From NCBI GenBank assembly GCA_965263355.1, contig CBDHHL010000032.1:512001-576000 (forward strand): a DNA stretch of 64,000 bases, written 5' to 3'. Made by a program: the position numbers and the translations under genes. How positions within the stretch are numbered: the stretch's first letter is position 1; the number at the start of each line of letters is the position of its first letter. This document shows positions 48,553 through 61,080 of the stretch, piece by piece. The notes under the pieces are model-generated. The model searched no databases. It saw nothing but the letters and a program-made list of their open reading frames with translations, and was not told where the DNA came from. This stretch comes from Leptolyngbyaceae cyanobacterium (GTDB lineage Bacteria > Cyanobacteriota > Cyanobacteriia > Phormidesmidales > Phormidesmidaceae).

Positions 48553-51500
48553 CTAGGTTAGATAATCTTGCAAGGCTTTAACAGCCAATGTCTGTTTTTG
48601 TAACGAGCGAATGGCTGTGATGGTAGCCTGAGCCCCTGAAAGAGTGGTGATGGTGGGAATCCTATAATCGAGGGCTGTGCGTCGAATCATGCGATCATCT
48701 TGCTGGGCTGTGGCCCCTGTGGGGGTATTAATAATCAGCTGAATCTCCTCATTTTTGATGGCATCAATGACATGGGGGCGACCTTCATGCACTTTGTACA
48801 CTAGTGCTACATCTAATCCGTGGGATTGTAATACCCGTCGAGTCCCCGCCGTGGCAATCAGACGAAAGCCCAGTTCTGCTAATTCCTTGGCAATGGGGAC
48901 GACAGCTTCCTTCTCACGATCATTCATAGATATGAAGGTGTTGCCTGTTAAGGGTAGCTCTTGACTGGCGGCTAATTCGGCTTTGGCAAAGGAGCGGCCA
49001 AAGTCCATATCAATGCCCATCACTTCCCCTGTGGAGCGCATTTCTGGCCCTAGCAGGGTATCGCTGCCAGGAAATTTGCTAAAGGGTAAGACAGCTTCTT
49101 TGACTGAAATGTGGTTAGGAATCACCTCTGTGGTCACCCCCACATCGGCTAAGGTTTGACCGGACATAATCAATACGGCGGTTTTGGCTAAGGGGATGCC
49201 AGTTGCCTTAGATACAAAGGGGACTGTCCGGGATGCCCTGGGGTTGGCTTCTAAGATATAGACGTCGTCATCTTTGACAGCAAACTGAATATTCATCAGC
49301 CCGACTACCTGTAGCGCCTTAGCTAGCTTGACTGTCCAGTCACGAATGGTGCCCAAGGCGCTCTTGCTAAGGGTAATAGTAGGTAGTGAGCAGGCGGAGT
49401 CTCCAGAATGAATTCCAGCTTGTTCAATATGTTCCATAATGCCGCCAATTACCACCTGGCCGGTGCGATCGCAAATGGCATCTACATCCACCTCAATAGC
49501 ATTTGCCAAAAAGCGATCAATCAAGATTGGATGATCTGGTTCTACCTGTACTGCCGTAGTCATATAGTGCTCCAGATCCCGATCGGAGTAGACCACCTCC
49601 ATGGCGCGCCCACCCAACACATAGCTGGGGCGTACCACCACCGGATAGTTGATTTTCTGGGCAATTTCTAGGGCTTCCTGGTAGCTGCGGGCAATGCCGT
49701 TAGCAGGTTGGGTAATCTCTAGATCCCAAAGAATTTTTTCAAACCGCTCTCGGTCTTCAGCCGTATCAATGGAGTCAGGAGATGTCCCCCAAATCTTGGT
49801 TTGGATAGGGTTGCCATTGACTGTGGGGGCTTGAGCTAGATAAGTCTGCAGGGGCACCGCTAGTTTTAGGGGTGTCTGCCCCCCAAACTGGATAATCACC
49901 CCTTCAGGATTCTCTGCTTCGATAATATTGAGCACGTCTTCTTTGGTCAGGGGTTCAAAATAGAGCCGATCACTGGTGTCATAGTCCGTAGATACGGTTT
50001 CCGGGTTAGAGTTGACCATAATTGTCTCAAAATCATTGGCCTGTAAGGCATAGGAGGCATGACAGCAGCAGTAGTCAAACTCAATACCCTGGCCAATGCG
50101 ATTGGGCCCCCCCCCTAAAATCATCACCTTACGCCGATCTGAGGGTTTGACCTCGGTTTCGGTCTCATAGGTGGAGTAGTAGTAAGGCGTATAGGCTTCA
50201 AATTCTGCCGCACAGGTATCGACAGTTTTATAGACGGGAATTACCCCAAGGTTTTTGCGCGTTGCCCGGACTTGGTCTTCTGACGTTTTAGTCGCATAGG
50301 CAATCTGACCATCGCTAAAGCCTTGCTGTTTGATGGCCATCATTTGCTCGGCAGTAATCGTATCTAGAGCCGTGCGCTTTAACCATTTTTCTGTTACTAG
50401 CAGGTCCTGCAACTTATCAATAAACCAGGGATCAATTCCCGTCAGCTCATAGATATCGTGAGGACTCAACCCCAGCTGCAGTGCATGGCGCAATGCAAAA
50501 ATCCGATCTGGATTGGGGGAACGCAAGCTAGATCGCACTTTGGCAATGGTAGGTAGATTTTCGTTGCGATCGCATCCCCAGCCCAATCGACCCGTTTCCA
50601 AGGAGCGCAGTGCCTTTTGAAAGGATTCCTGAAACGTACGACCGATAGCCATGGCCTCTCCCACCGATTTCATCTGGGTGGTCAGCAGGGGAACACTACC
50701 AGGAAACTTCTCAAAGGCAAACCGAGGAATCTTAGTGACGACATAGTCAATAGTGGGCTCAAAACTAGCCGGTGTCTTTTTAGTAATGTCGTTGGAAATT
50801 TCAGTCAGGGTGTAACCTACCGCAAGTTTGGCAGCAATTTTTGCGATCGGAAACCCCGTTGCCTTAGATGCCAGGGCAGAACTGCGAGATACTCGTGGGT
50901 TCATCTCAATGACGATCACATCCCCGGTATCCGGATTCACCGCAAACTGAATATTGGAGCCCCCCGTTTCTACACCAATTTCACGAATGATTTTGATAGA
51001 CGCATCCCTTAACCGCTGATATTCTTTATCGGTTAGGGTTTGAGCCGGGGCCACCGTAATCGAATCTCCAGTGTGGATACCCATGGGATCCAGATTTTCA
51101 ATCGAGCAGATAATCACCACATTATCCGCCAGATCTCGCATGACTTCTAGCTCATACTCCTTCCAGCCCAGTAGGGACTTTTCAATCAAAATCTGAGAGA
51201 CGGGGCTAGCATCCAAACCGGACTTAGCAATCACTTCAAATTCTTCCTGGTTGTAGGCAATTCCTCCACCAGTACCCCCCAGGGTAAATGCCGGTCTAAT
51301 AATTAATGGATAGATGCCAATGTCTTGGGCAATGGTCTGGGCCTCGTCCATGGTTTCCGCTAACCCTGACGGACATATACCTACTCCAATCCGTTCCATG
51401 GCCTGCTTAAAGAGGCGACGGTCTTCTGCCATTTCAATGGCATCGAGCTTGGCCCCAATTAACTCCACATTGTGCTTAGCCAAAATGCCATCTTTGGCTA

Positions 51501-51804
51501 GACTAACTGCAAGGTTAAGCGCAGTTTGTCCACCCATGGTGGGCAATAGGGCATCTGGTTTTTCCTGTTCAATTACCCGGGCCACTAAATCAGGCGTAAG
51601 GGGTTCAATGTAGGTGCGATCCGCCGTTTCAGGATCAGTCATGATTGTGGCCGGATTAGAATTGATTAAGACCACTTCATAGCCTTCTTCCCGCAGTGCC
51701 TTACAAGCCTGGGTCCCTGAATAGTCAAACTCACAAGCCTGACCGATAACAATCGGACCAGACCCAATTAATAAAATCTTGCTGAGGTCATTGCGGCGAG
51801 GCAT
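48553..51804 (-). CDS. carB: Carbamoyl-phosphate synthase large subunit
   Basis: [30 protein letters not shown], duplicated ATP-grasp domains and an MGS-like C-terminus. Confidence 0.99.
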   Translation of the reverse strand: MPRRNDLSKILLIGSGPIVIGQACEFDYSGTQACKALREEGYEVVLINSNPATIMTDPETADRTYIEPLTPDLVARVIEQEKPDALLPTMGGQTALNLAVSLAKDGILAKHNVELIGAKLDAIEMAEDRRLFKQAMERIGVGICPSGLAETMDEAQTIAQDIGIYPLIIRPAFTLGGTGGGIAYNQEEFEVIAKSGLDASPVSQILIEKSLLGWKEYELEVMRDLADNVVIICSIENLDPMGIHTGDSITVAPAQTLTDKEYQRLRDASIKIIREIGVETGGSNIQFAVNPDTGDVIVIEMNPRVSRSSALASKATGFPIAKIAAKLAVGYTLTEISNDITKKTPASFEPTIDYVVTKIPRFAFEKFPGSVPLLTTQMKSVGEAMAIGRTFQESFQKALRSLETGRLGWGCDRNENLPTIAKVRSSLRSPNPDRIFALRHALQLGLSPHDIYELTGIDPWFIDKLQDLLVTEKWLKRTALDTITAEQMMAIKQQGFSDGQIAYATKTSEDQVRATRKNLGVIPVYKTVDTCAAEFEAYTPYYYSTYETETEVKPSDRRKVMILGGGPNRIGQGIEFDYCCCHASYALQANDFETIMVNSNPETVSTDYDTSDRLYFEPLTKEDVLNIIEAENPEGVIIQFGGQTPLKLAVPLQTYLAQAPTVNGNPIQTKIWGTSPDSIDTAEDRERFEKILWDLEITQPANGIARSYQEALEIAQKINYPVVVRPSYVLGGRAMEVVYSDRDLEHYMTTAVQVEPDHPILIDRFLANAIEVDVDAICDRTGQVVIGGIMEHIEQAGIHSGDSACSLPTITLSKSALGTIRDWTVKLAKALQVVGLMNIQFAVKDDDVYILEANPRASRTVPFVSKATGIPLAKTAVLIMSGQTLADVGVTTEVIPNHISVKEAVLPFSKFPGSDTLLGPEMRSTGEVMGIDMDFGRSFAKAELAASQELPLTGNTFISMNDREKEAVVPIAKELAELGFRLIATAGTRRVLQSHGLDVALVYKVHEGRPHVIDAIKNEEIQLIINTPTGATAQQDDRMIRRTALDYRIPTITTLSGAQATITAIRSLQKQTLAVKALQDYLT

Positions 51805-52241
51805 AGGCGAGCTTTAGAAAACTGAGGGTAAGTATGGGATTCCTGACAATAAGGACCCAGATCAACAAATCCAGATTATTGTAGGGCTTTCTTTCACTCC
51901 CAAGACGGACATTTTCCTAGGAGTTTTTATCCTTATTAGAATTAACCAACGGTTACGCTTGCTAAATAGAAGCGACCATGGGCTAATTATTGCCAGGTCT
52001 GGGGCATATTTGCCCGATATCGTAACCAGATCCCATAAATGTCTGTACTAAAGTTCAGACATTTATGAACTATTAAGTTGCTCAATAAATTAGAAAATTA
52101 CCCCATAAAAGTTAGAGAGCCCTATCGACGCTTTGTACGGCAGAGGGGCATGCATCGCTATATGATGACCGTAGACGTTATTGCTCTCTGGTCTCAATAG
52201 TGCCCTTCGCTAATACACTTAATTTCTCTGCTCTAGCTCCT

Positions 52242-53348
52242 ATGGCCACGGTTTCGCAACCTTCCAATTTGCCATCAACATCGTTATCTACGATTTTACA
52301 GCTTCACAATATAACCAAGCAATATCAATCGCAAGCGGCACCTGCTATCGATCAAGTGAGTTTACAGCTGGGTCAGGGAGAATTGCTGGTACTATTAGGG
52401 CCGTCGGGGTGTGGTAAAACCACATTGTTGAGAACGATTGCAGGTTTTGAGATCCCCGAAATGGGTTGGATTGAGTTGGCACAGCAACCGGTCTGTGGTC
52501 AGGGGGCTCCGATTCCTCCTGAACGTCGTGATGTGGGCATTGTTTTTCAGGACTATGCTCTATTTCCCCATCTATCTGTGGCTGATAATGTGTCCTTTGG
52601 ACTTAAGCATCTCAGTCGACATCGACGATTGTCTAACCAGCAAATTCAAGATTTAGCGCAAGCGGCCATTAGTCTTGTCGGTCTAGTTGGATTTGAACGG
52701 CGTTATCCCCATGAACTATCGGGAGGTCAGCAACAGCGGGTAGCCTTGGCACGGGCATTGGCCCCTAGACCGTCCCTGATTTTATTGGATGAACCTTTTA
52801 GCAATTTGGATGTGCAGGTGCGGCTCTACCTGCGCCAGGAAGTCCGTAGTATTCTCAAAGGCTTAGGGGCTTCTGGCATCTTTGTGACCCATGACCAGCA
52901 AGAGGCTCTGGCAATTGCTGATCGAGTCGCAGTCATGCGGTCTGGACGGATTGAGCAGTTGGGTAGTCCTGAGGAAATCTATGGGCAGCCTGTATCGCAG
53001 TTTGTTGCTGCCTTTGTGACCCAGGCAAATTTTATTAAGGCGCAGCGAGGCGCAGCGGGTTGGCAAACCGCCTTTGGCTTAGTGGATGAGTCTATGGTTC
53101 AGCCCACTGATGCGATCGCAGGTACCCTGATGCTGCGCCAAGAGGAGCTACAGCTGAGGCCGGTGAAAGCAAACGAAATTGCCTTAACCATTTGCGATCG
53201 CGAATTTTTGGGACGTGAGTATAAATACACCCTCAGCCATCCCACCGCAGGTAATCTGCAAGTTCGTACCTCCAATCAGTTTGCTGTGGGCAATTCAGTC
53301 CAGATCACCATCAAACCTAATCCCATGGGGTTACGTGTATTTAAGTAA
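52242..53348 (+). CDS. futC: ABC transporter ATP-binding protein, Fe(III)/FutC-FbpC type
   Basis: GPSGCGKT, FQDYALFPH, LSGGQQQR, LLDEPFS and a TOBE-like tail. Start at ATG 52242 or GTG 52200. Substrate is inferred. Confidence 0.8.
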   Translation: MATVSQPSNLPSTSLSTILQLHNITKQYQSQAAPAIDQVSLQLGQGELLVLLGPSGCGKTTLLRTIAGFEIPEMGWIELAQQPVCGQGAPIPPERRDVGIVFQDYALFPHLSVADNVSFGLKHLSRHRRLSNQQIQDLAQAAISLVGLVGFERRYPHELSGGQQQRVALARALAPRPSLILLDEPFSNLDVQVRLYLRQEVRSILKGLGASGIFVTHDQQEALAIADRVAVMRSGRIEQLGSPEEIYGQPVSQFVAAFVTQANFIKAQRGAAGWQTAFGLVDESMVQPTDAIAGTLMLRQEELQLRPVKANEIALTICDREFLGREYKYTLSHPTAGNLQVRTSNQFAVGNSVQITIKPNPMGLRVFK

Positions 53349-53378
53349 TTAGTGTAAGTACAGGGCGAGTTGTGAAGC

Positions 53379-54254
53379 TCAGGATACATGGTCTATTAAG
53401 GCCCGTTGCATCACCTCAACAGGAGGTGGCTGCTGTGTCCATATTTCTAGGGCAGCCGCGCCCTGTTGTACCAACATTTCTAGCCCATCGAAGGTGGTCA
53501 GTCCGGCCCTGTCTGCCTGTTGCAAAAACTGCGTCGGACGAGGGGTGTAGATCAGGTCGTAGGCAATGGCTTGGCTGGGGAGTAACCCAATTTGGTCAGC
53601 CCCTAAGGGCGAGGCCTCTACCTGGGGGGCCATGCCGACGGGGGTGGCATTAACCACTAGCATCGCCTTTGGTAGTAGTGCCTCCAACTGGTCCCAGGAG
53701 TGAACTGATAAATTAGGTTTTAACGGTGACGTTTGCCAGCTTTGGTCAAATTTTGTCAGTTTTTCCCCGCTGCGACCCACTACTAAAATCTCTGGACAGC
53801 CCAGCTGGTGACAAGCGGCGACAATAGCCCGAGCCGCCCCACCATTACCCAAGATGAGCGCTGGTGCCTGACGCCAATCGCGCCCTAATGCCTGTAGTGG
53901 AGCTAGAAAGCCAGCGGCATCCGTATTGGTGCCGCACCAGCCTACATCGCTCCACCATACGGTATTGACCGCACCAATGGCCGTTGCCACATCAGAAATC
54001 TGAGTTAGCAATGGCATAATCGTTTGCTTATGGGGAATGGTGATGTTGAAACCCTTGAGGCCCACAGCTGCAAAGCCATCAATGGCGGTTTTGAGCTGAT
54101 TTGGGGCAATTGGGAAGGGCAAATAAACGTAGTCCAGACCCAGGGTTGCGATCGCAGCATTGTGCATAATGGGCGACATGGAATGTTTGACTGGATAGCC
54201 AATCACCCCAAGCAGCTGAGTTGTTCCCTTAATCGTCAACGGTTTGATAGCCAC
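53379..54254 (-). CDS. aroE: Shikimate dehydrogenase
   Basis: IGYPVKHSMSP, NITIPHK, GAVNT, NTD, GNGGAA, DLIY, GLEMLVQQG. Likely GTG start near 54254. Confidence 0.95.
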   Translation of the reverse strand: MAIKPLTIKGTTQLLGVIGYPVKHSMSPIMHNAAIATLGLDYVYLPFPIAPNQLKTAIDGFAAVGLKGFNITIPHKQTIMPLLTQISDVATAIGAVNTVWWSDVGWCGTNTDAAGFLAPLQALGRDWRQAPALILGNGGAARAIVAACHQLGCPEILVVGRSGEKLTKFDQSWQTSPLKPNLSVHSWDQLEALLPKAMLVVNATPVGMAPQVEASPLGADQIGLLPSQAIAYDLIYTPRPTQFLQQADRAGLTTFDGLEMLVQQGAAALEIWTQQPPPVEVMQRALIDHVS

Positions 54255-54354
54255 AGGTTGGTCTGGTGATAACGATGCGTAACGTTCCCAATTACTTATA
54301 ATGAAACCTGCTACCTGGCAAGGTATCTGACTGTATCTAACCCTCGCAACCGCC

Positions 54355-55611
54355 GTGACTGCCACTCCGCTTTCTTCCTCTGTTTCCCCTACCCTGACTG
54401 CCCCTGAGTTACGTCCTGATAAATTAGGCCGCTTTGGCCGCTTTGGGGGCAAGTATGTACCCGAAACGCTTATGCCTGCCTTAGCGGAACTGGAGGACGC
54501 GTTTTACACCTATCGCCATGATGCTGATTTTCAGGCAGAACTCAATGGATTGCTCAAGGACTATGTAGGACGTGCTAATCCGCTTTATTTTGCTGAGCGT
54601 CTCACCGACTATTACGCTCGTCAGGACGGCAGTGGCCCGCAAATCTATCTAAAGCGAGAAGACCTGAACCATACGGGTGCCCACAAAATTAATAATGCTC
54701 TAGGCCAGGTACTCCTGGCCAAGCGCATGGGCAAAAAGCGCATTATTGCAGAAACAGGAGCTGGTCAGCATGGTGTGGCCACAGCAACGGTCTGTGCCCG
54801 GTTTGGGATTGAATGCGTTATCTACATGGGCGTCCATGATATGGAACGGCAGGCCCTAAACGTCTTTCGTATGCGGTTGATGGGGGCAGCGGTACAGCCT
54901 GTGAGCGCTGGCACAGGTACCCTCAAAGATGCCACGTCTGAAGCCATTCGCGACTGGGTGACTAATGTGGAAAGCACCCACTACATTTTGGGTTCGGTGG
55001 CGGGTCCTCACCCTTATCCAATGCTTGTACGAGAATTCCATGCAGTCATTGGTCAAGAAACCCGAGCCCAGTGTCAGGAAAAATGGGGCGGTCTACCAGA
55101 TATTTTGCTTGCCTGTGTTGGCGGGGGCTCGAATGCCATGGGGTTATTCCACGAGTTTGTTAACGAGCCCTCTGTCCGCATGATTGGCATAGAAGCGTCT
55201 GGTGAAGGGGTGAGCACGGGTAAACATGCGGCCACCCTGACGGCTGGACGGATAGGCGTGCTCCATGGTGCCATGAGTTTTTTACTGCAGGACAGTGATG
55301 GTCAAGTGATTGAGCCCCATTCCATTAGTGCGGGTCTGGATTATCCGGGGGTGGGTCCTGAACATAGTTATCTAAAAGAGATTGGTCGGGCCGAATATTA
55401 CGGTGTTACTGACCAGGAGGCCCTGGATGCATTTCAGCTACTATCCCAACGTGAAGGGATTATTCCGGCCCTGGAAACTGCCCACGCCTTTGCCTATCTG
55501 GAGAAACTATGTCCTCAGTTAGATGGCAGTCCTAAGCTGGTGATCAACTGTTCAGGTCGAGGCGATAAGGATGTTCAGACCGTAGCCAGGGTCTTGAAGT
55601 TTGATGCTTAG
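54355..55611 (+). CDS. trpB: Tryptophan synthase beta chain
   Basis: [46 protein letters not shown]. Confidence 0.99.
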   Translation: MTATPLSSSVSPTLTAPELRPDKLGRFGRFGGKYVPETLMPALAELEDAFYTYRHDADFQAELNGLLKDYVGRANPLYFAERLTDYYARQDGSGPQIYLKREDLNHTGAHKINNALGQVLLAKRMGKKRIIAETGAGQHGVATATVCARFGIECVIYMGVHDMERQALNVFRMRLMGAAVQPVSAGTGTLKDATSEAIRDWVTNVESTHYILGSVAGPHPYPMLVREFHAVIGQETRAQCQEKWGGLPDILLACVGGGSNAMGLFHEFVNEPSVRMIGIEASGEGVSTGKHAATLTAGRIGVLHGAMSFLLQDSDGQVIEPHSISAGLDYPGVGPEHSYLKEIGRAEYYGVTDQEALDAFQLLSQREGIIPALETAHAFAYLEKLCPQLDGSPKLVINCSGRGDKDVQTVARVLKFDA

Positions 55612-55643
55612 GACAATAGGGTATCCCCTGTTGTTTATTGCTT

Positions 55644-55664
55644 GGTGGGCACTGCCCACCCTAC
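55644..55664 (+). repeat. Short dispersed palindromic repeat GGTGGGCACTGCCCACCCTAC
   Basis: Related copies at ~61059-61078 and 63368-63388, all just past gene 3' ends. Confidence 0.75.
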
Positions 55665-55704
55665 GGCCATTGCCCTATCCATTTAATTTAAGGACGCTTG
55701 TAAC

Positions 55705-56328
55705 TTGGAAAACTTTGAAGTTTGCGATCGCGACATTCCCAAGTCTTTGCTAGAACGCTACTTAGCATCCGATGCGATCGCGGTAGATACCGAAACCATG
55801 GGGCTCAATCCCCTGCGTGACCGTCTTTGTTTAGTCCAAATGTGTGACACCGAAGGCTACACATCTGCCATCCGCATTGAACGGGGGCAAAGTAATGCCC
55901 CTAATCTACAGCAGCTGCTAACCACGCCTAGTATCCTTAAAATCTTTCACTTTGCTCGGTTTGATTTGGCAACACTCCAACATCATCTGGATATTAAGGT
56001 AGCTCCCGTATTCTGTACTAAGATTGCCAGTAAGCTGGCTCGCACCTATAGCCCAAAACATGGGCTCAAGGAGTTAGTTAAGGAAATTGTTGGCATCGAA
56101 TTAGATAAAACAGTCCAAAGCTCTGATTGGGGAAATGTCCACGATTTAAGTGATGAACAACTGGCTTACGCCGCCAATGATGTCCGCTATCTCCATAAGC
56201 TCTCAAAACGTCTTACCCTGATGCTTCAGCGAGAGGGACGTTGGCATTTAGCAGAAGACTGCTTTCACTGTTTACCTACATTTATTCAGTTAGATCTGCA
56301 GCAATACCAAAACATTTTTGAGCATTAA
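55705..56328 (+). CDS. Ribonuclease D-like 3'-5' exonuclease
   Basis: AVDTETMGL, FHFARFD, SSDW, YAANDV (DEDDy motifs). Confidence 0.92.
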   Translation: MENFEVCDRDIPKSLLERYLASDAIAVDTETMGLNPLRDRLCLVQMCDTEGYTSAIRIERGQSNAPNLQQLLTTPSILKIFHFARFDLATLQHHLDIKVAPVFCTKIASKLARTYSPKHGLKELVKEIVGIELDKTVQSSDWGNVHDLSDEQLAYAANDVRYLHKLSKRLTLMLQREGRWHLAEDCFHCLPTFIQLDLQQYQNIFEH

Positions 56329-56767
56329 CCCCACATCATGGGTCTCCGTTGATGTCATCAACCAGTTAGTCATTCTGGGATTTAAGGGGAACCCTGGAGC
56401 CTAGATAGAAAGCCCACTCAACTACGGGCAACTCACTTACTTAGCGATGGCCTTAAACAATTCTAGTGGTCTGTTAAAACTAAGATTTCGGAATGTTTGT
56501 AAGCTGATAGTCATAAAAGACACAGGCCACTCATTAGAATCAACTAGCTGATCCGGAGGCGTCTGCTTATGAAGGTTGCATAATATTCCGGAAGGTTCGG
56601 ACATCTAAGAGTTAAATGTAACGTGGTGAAAAAGTAGTTTTCTATTGCTCCTTTATGGAGCCTTTGTTCTATGTAGAGTTTCTTTAAAGAAGCTCACGTG
56701 CCAATGGTGTTTGTTGTATTCGTACGCCATTAATGGCATCAAAGGTGTTCGTTAATTTATTACCTAT

Positions 56768-57541
56768 ATGAAAGCTGTCATACTTGCCGGTGGTCTGGGG
56801 ACTCGTTTGAGTGAAGAAACCGCAATTAAGCCAAAGCCTATGGTCGAGATTGGTGGTAAGCCAATTCTCTGGCATATTATGAAAATTTATTCCTACCATG
56901 GCATCAATGATTTTGTTGTGTGCTGTGGTTACAAGGGATATGTCATCAAGGAATATTTTGCCAACTATTTCCTTCACATGTCAGATGTCACGTTTGACAT
57001 GCGCTTTAACCAGATGAATGTGCATGCGGGCAAAGCTGAGCCCTGGCGTGTAACCCTTGTGGACACTGGTGATAACACTATGACGGGTGGTCGCCTAAAG
57101 CGAGTGAAAGAGCATCTTGGTAGCGAAGATTTTTGCTTCACTTACGGCGATGGTGTATCTAATGTCAATGTTACTGAGCTGATTGAATTCCACAAGCAGC
57201 AAGGAACGTTGGCTACCCTTACGGCTGTTCAGCCACCTGGACGTTTTGGTGCCATTTCCCTGGCTCAAGAACAAACAAAAATCACCCATTTCCAGGAAAA
57301 ACCCGAAGGTGACGGTGCCTGGATTAATGGTGGCTTTTTTGTCCTTAATCCTCAGGTGATTGATTACATTGATGGGGATCCAATTTCTTGGGAAAAGGAA
57401 CCGCTGCAAAAGCTAGCTCATATGGAAGAGCTGTCAGCATTTAAGCATGATGGCTTTTGGCAACCCATGGATACGCTACGGGATAAGCGGTATCTAGAGA
57501 AGCTTTGGCAGACAGACGAAGCTCCCTGGAAAGTTTGGTAA
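56768..57541 (+). CDS. rfbF: Glucose-1-phosphate cytidylyltransferase
   Basis: [43 protein letters not shown]. Confidence 0.97.
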   Translation: MKAVILAGGLGTRLSEETAIKPKPMVEIGGKPILWHIMKIYSYHGINDFVVCCGYKGYVIKEYFANYFLHMSDVTFDMRFNQMNVHAGKAEPWRVTLVDTGDNTMTGGRLKRVKEHLGSEDFCFTYGDGVSNVNVTELIEFHKQQGTLATLTAVQPPGRFGAISLAQEQTKITHFQEKPEGDGAWINGGFFVLNPQVIDYIDGDPISWEKEPLQKLAHMEELSAFKHDGFWQPMDTLRDKRYLEKLWQTDEAPWKVW

Positions 57542-57554
57542 TTCCATATATACA

Positions 57555-57609
57555 ATTCGGAGTTCGGAATTCAGTCCTCTTCTGACTTCCGACTTCTGAC
57601 TTCCGACTT
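57555..57609. repeat. Short tandem heptamer repeats (STRR-like)
   Basis: ttcggag/ttcggaa facing (ttctgac/ttccgac)x4. Confidence 0.75.
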
Positions 57610-57744
57610 GGCCAAGATTTCCTGGCTAAAGTTGATACCCATTATTTGGGGCTTAAGTGATTTAAAGATATAGGGCTTCTCTATAAATTTGTTGTTGCTA
57701 TATATCGGCAACGCTTGATTTCTTAATGTATTGAAGGAACAGTT

Positions 57745-58821
57745 ATGAACGCTGATTTTTGGCGCGGTAAGCGGGTCTTTGTAACTGGGCACACGGGTTT
57801 TAAGGGCAGTTGGTTATCTCTCTGGTTACAACAGCTGGGGGCTGAAGTTATTGGCTATGCATTGACGCCTCCCACTTCGCCTAGTCTGTTTGAGGTAGCT
57901 CGTGTGGGCAGTGGGATGATGTCCATTGAAGGCGATGTACGGGATTTAGTCAGTCTGCAGGATGCGATCGCAACCCATAAACCTGACATCATTTTTCACA
58001 TGGCAGCTCAGCCATTGGTGCGATATTCCTATAAGCACCCCGTAGAAACCTATGCCACCAATGTCATGGGAACCGTTCACCTACTAGAAGCTGTACGACA
58101 AACCGGTAGTGCCCGAGTCGTGATCAACATTACCAGCGATAAATGTTACGAAAACCGAGAGTGGGTTTGGGGGTATCGCGAAAATGAAGCCATGGGTGGC
58201 CATGACCCCTACTCCAACAGCAAAGGATGTGCGGAGCTGGTTGCCTCTGCCTATCGCAATTCTTACTTCAACCCAGAAACCTATGCTGAGCACGGGGTTG
58301 GTTTAGCCAGCGTGCGTGCGGGTAACGTCATCGGTGGTGGTGACTGGGCAGGTGATCGCCTGATTCCTGACATCATTCGTGCCATCATTGCCGGTGAATC
58401 GGTGCTTATTCGCAGCCCTAACGCCATTCGTCCTTGGCAGCATGTGTTAGAACCCCTCAATGGTTACATGACCCTGGCTGAACAAATGTGGGACACCGGC
58501 ACCGAGTTAGCCGAAGGCTGGAACTTTGGTCCTAACGATAGTGATGCCCGCCCCGTATCCTGGATTACGGAACAGCTGACTCAACTTTGGGGTGACGGGG
58601 CCAGCTGGCAGCTAGACACTAACGTTAATCCCCACGAAGCAACCTATCTAAAACTAGACTGCTCCAAAGCCAAGAGTCGTCTGAAATGGACTCCAAAATT
58701 GGATCTAGCAACCACTCTAGACTGGATCGTTGAATGGTATCGCGGATACATCAGGGAAGAGGATATGCATCAGATGACCATGGGGCAGATTCAGCGCTAT
58801 GAGTCGCTTAAAGCCAGTTAA
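57745..58821 (+). CDS. rfbG: CDP-glucose 4,6-dehydratase
   Basis: VTGHTGFKGSW, HMAAQPLVR, TSDKCY, YSNSK, RPWQHV. Confidence 0.97.
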   Translation: MNADFWRGKRVFVTGHTGFKGSWLSLWLQQLGAEVIGYALTPPTSPSLFEVARVGSGMMSIEGDVRDLVSLQDAIATHKPDIIFHMAAQPLVRYSYKHPVETYATNVMGTVHLLEAVRQTGSARVVINITSDKCYENREWVWGYRENEAMGGHDPYSNSKGCAELVASAYRNSYFNPETYAEHGVGLASVRAGNVIGGGDWAGDRLIPDIIRAIIAGESVLIRSPNAIRPWQHVLEPLNGYMTLAEQMWDTGTELAEGWNFGPNDSDARPVSWITEQLTQLWGDGASWQLDTNVNPHEATYLKLDCSKAKSRLKWTPKLDLATTLDWIVEWYRGYIREEDMHQMTMGQIQRYESLKAS

Positions 58822-58975
58822 ATTTGGAGTATAGGTATTTCTATCCTTCAAAGGTATTTCTCTAACCATTGTTTCTAGTAAACCTTGTCCATGTCCAGAA
58901 CTGGAATTTTTCCGTCGGGAAAACTACAGGTTTAACCTTGGACATGGTTTATCTGTTCACCGATAGTCGAAACCC

Positions 58976-59539
58976 ATGATTTTTAACGAAACCTCTATTC
59001 AAGGGGTCTATATTGTTGACCTTGAGCACCGCAAAGATGATCGAGGATTCTTTGCCCGTATGTACTGTGCGCAAGAGTTTGAAGAACGGGGCCTCAAGGC
59101 AGTGGTGGCCCAGTGTAATCTTTCCTTTAACCACAAAAAAGGGACCTTGAGGGGAATGCATTACCAACTTCCCCCCGCCATGGAAACGAAGCTAGTACGC
59201 TGTACCCAAGGCGCAGTTTACGATGTCATTGTAGATTTACGGAAAGACTCTCCCACCTACCTATCCCATGTAGGCGTGGAGCTAACTGCTGAAAACAGAC
59301 GGGCCATATATGTGCCTGAGATGTTTGCCCACGGGTATCAAACGTTGACTGACAATGCCGAAGTAACCTATCAGGTGACTGAATTTTACACCCCTGGTTA
59401 TGAGCGAGGCCTACGTCACAGCGATCCCAGATTAGCGATTGATTGGCCCTTACCAGTAACAACAATTTCTAACAAAGACGCCAACTGGCCCCTGTTAACT
59501 GACCAGCAAAGTGATCAACCCGTTTCAGTAGGAGCTTAA
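58976..59539 (+). CDS. rfbC: dTDP-4-dehydrorhamnose 3,5-epimerase family protein
   Basis: DDRGFF, GTLRGMHYQ, DVIVDLR, FAHGYQTL. Confidence 0.93.
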   Translation: MIFNETSIQGVYIVDLEHRKDDRGFFARMYCAQEFEERGLKAVVAQCNLSFNHKKGTLRGMHYQLPPAMETKLVRCTQGAVYDVIVDLRKDSPTYLSHVGVELTAENRRAIYVPEMFAHGYQTLTDNAEVTYQVTEFYTPGYERGLRHSDPRLAIDWPLPVTTISNKDANWPLLTDQQSDQPVSVGA

Positions 59540-59541
59540 GA

Positions 59542-60840
59542 ATGATTATTGTTGATACAGCCCTTAAGGCCCGTGAAGAAGCGGGCAACCCTGTCCGTGT
59601 AGGTATGATCGGTGCAGGATTTATGGGCCGGGGGATTGCCAACCAAATCATCCACTCCGTCCCTGGGATGGAACTAGTGGCCGTGTTTAACCGCCGGTTG
59701 GACGGCGCTAAGCGGGCTTACGAAGAAGCTGGTATCGATCATATCCAGACAGTTAAAACCGTTACTGAACTTGAAGATGCTATCAATAATAGTCAACCAG
59801 CTGTAACGGAAGATGCATCTTTGCTATGCAAAGCAGAAAATATTGATGTATTAGTAGAAGTCACTGGCACAATTGAGTTTGGTGCTCAAATTGTGTTGGA
59901 GGCCATCAACAATAAAAAGCACGTAGTGCTGATGAATGCTGAGCTTGATGGCACCGTCGGTCCTCTGCTTAAAGTCTATGCCGATAAAGCTGGCGTGATC
60001 CTATCAAACTGTGACGGTGACCAACCTGGCGTAGAGATGAACCTCTATCGCTATGTCAAGAGTATTGGGTTTACTCCTCTGCTTTGTGGCAATATCAAAG
60101 GTCTGCAAGACCGCTATCGTAACCCGACTACCCAAGAGAGTTTTGCCGCTAAGTGGAAGCAGGCTGCCTATATGGTGACCAGCTTTGCAGACGGTACCAA
60201 AATCTCTTTTGAGCAGGCTATTGTTGCCAATGCGACTGGTATGAAAGTCGCCCAGCGGGGTATGTTGGGCTATGATTTCCGAGGTCATGTCAATGACATG
60301 ACTCATCTATATGATGTGGACCAGCTCAAGTCCCTTGGTGGTATTGTCGATTATGTTGTGGGTGCTCAACCTGCAGCCGGGGTATTTATTTACGCCACTA
60401 ACGATGATCCTAAGCATCAGCATTATCTAAAGTACTACAAGCTTGGTGCAGGCCCTCTATATAGCTTTTATACGCCTTATCACATCTGTCATTTTGAGGT
60501 GCCCCTTTCCTTGGCCCGTGCTGCCCTCTTTAATGATGCAGTCATGGCACCCCTAGGGAAGCCCATGGTAGATGTTGTTGCCACTGCCAAAATTGACCTC
60601 AAAGCAGGTGAGACTCTGGATGGTATTGGCTACTACATGACCTACGGTCAGTGTGAAAATGCTGATACAACTCTGACCCAAAAGCTTTTGCCCATGGGTC
60701 TGGCAGAAGGTTGCAAACTCAAACGACCTGTTGCTAAAGATACTGTGCTGACCTACGACGATGTGATTTTGCCGGAGGATCGAATCTGCGATAAGCTGCG
60801 GTCTGAACAAGACATCTACTTTGCGCCAACGGCTGTTTAG
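59542..60840 (+). CDS. NAD(P)-dependent oxidoreductase with C-terminal SAF domain (homoserine dehydrogenase-like)
   Basis: GAGFMG, DGDQPG, SFADGTK, YTPYHIC, AKIDLKAGETLDGIG SAF tail. Confidence 0.88.
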   Translation: MIIVDTALKAREEAGNPVRVGMIGAGFMGRGIANQIIHSVPGMELVAVFNRRLDGAKRAYEEAGIDHIQTVKTVTELEDAINNSQPAVTEDASLLCKAENIDVLVEVTGTIEFGAQIVLEAINNKKHVVLMNAELDGTVGPLLKVYADKAGVILSNCDGDQPGVEMNLYRYVKSIGFTPLLCGNIKGLQDRYRNPTTQESFAAKWKQAAYMVTSFADGTKISFEQAIVANATGMKVAQRGMLGYDFRGHVNDMTHLYDVDQLKSLGGIVDYVVGAQPAAGVFIYATNDDPKHQHYLKYYKLGAGPLYSFYTPYHICHFEVPLSLARAALFNDAVMAPLGKPMVDVVATAKIDLKAGETLDGIGYYMTYGQCENADTTLTQKLLPMGLAEGCKLKRPVAKDTVLTYDDVILPEDRICDKLRSEQDIYFAPTAV

Positions 60841-61080
60841 TCAGGCCTTTGGAGGAGCCAGGCGTCAAACATCAGTTTGATTTTCCTGGTTCCCGCATTT
60901 TCAAAATGTTCCTCCAGCCAGTCATTAAGACATGTTCAGCGAGATAACTCTAGACTTGAATAGGGCCATTCGTAAGGATTTTTTACATAAACATGGAATA
61001 ACGGCTCAAGACTATGCGTTGAAGAAGCTGGGTTTCTCAACAGCATGGTTGAAAGACGATGGGTCGTGCCCACCCTACAC

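Noticed and set aside
54255..54452. N-terminal extension of the 357-aa aroE ORF
   Set aside because: It overlaps trpB on the opposite strand, and AroE similarity starts only near 'IKGTTQLLGVIG'.
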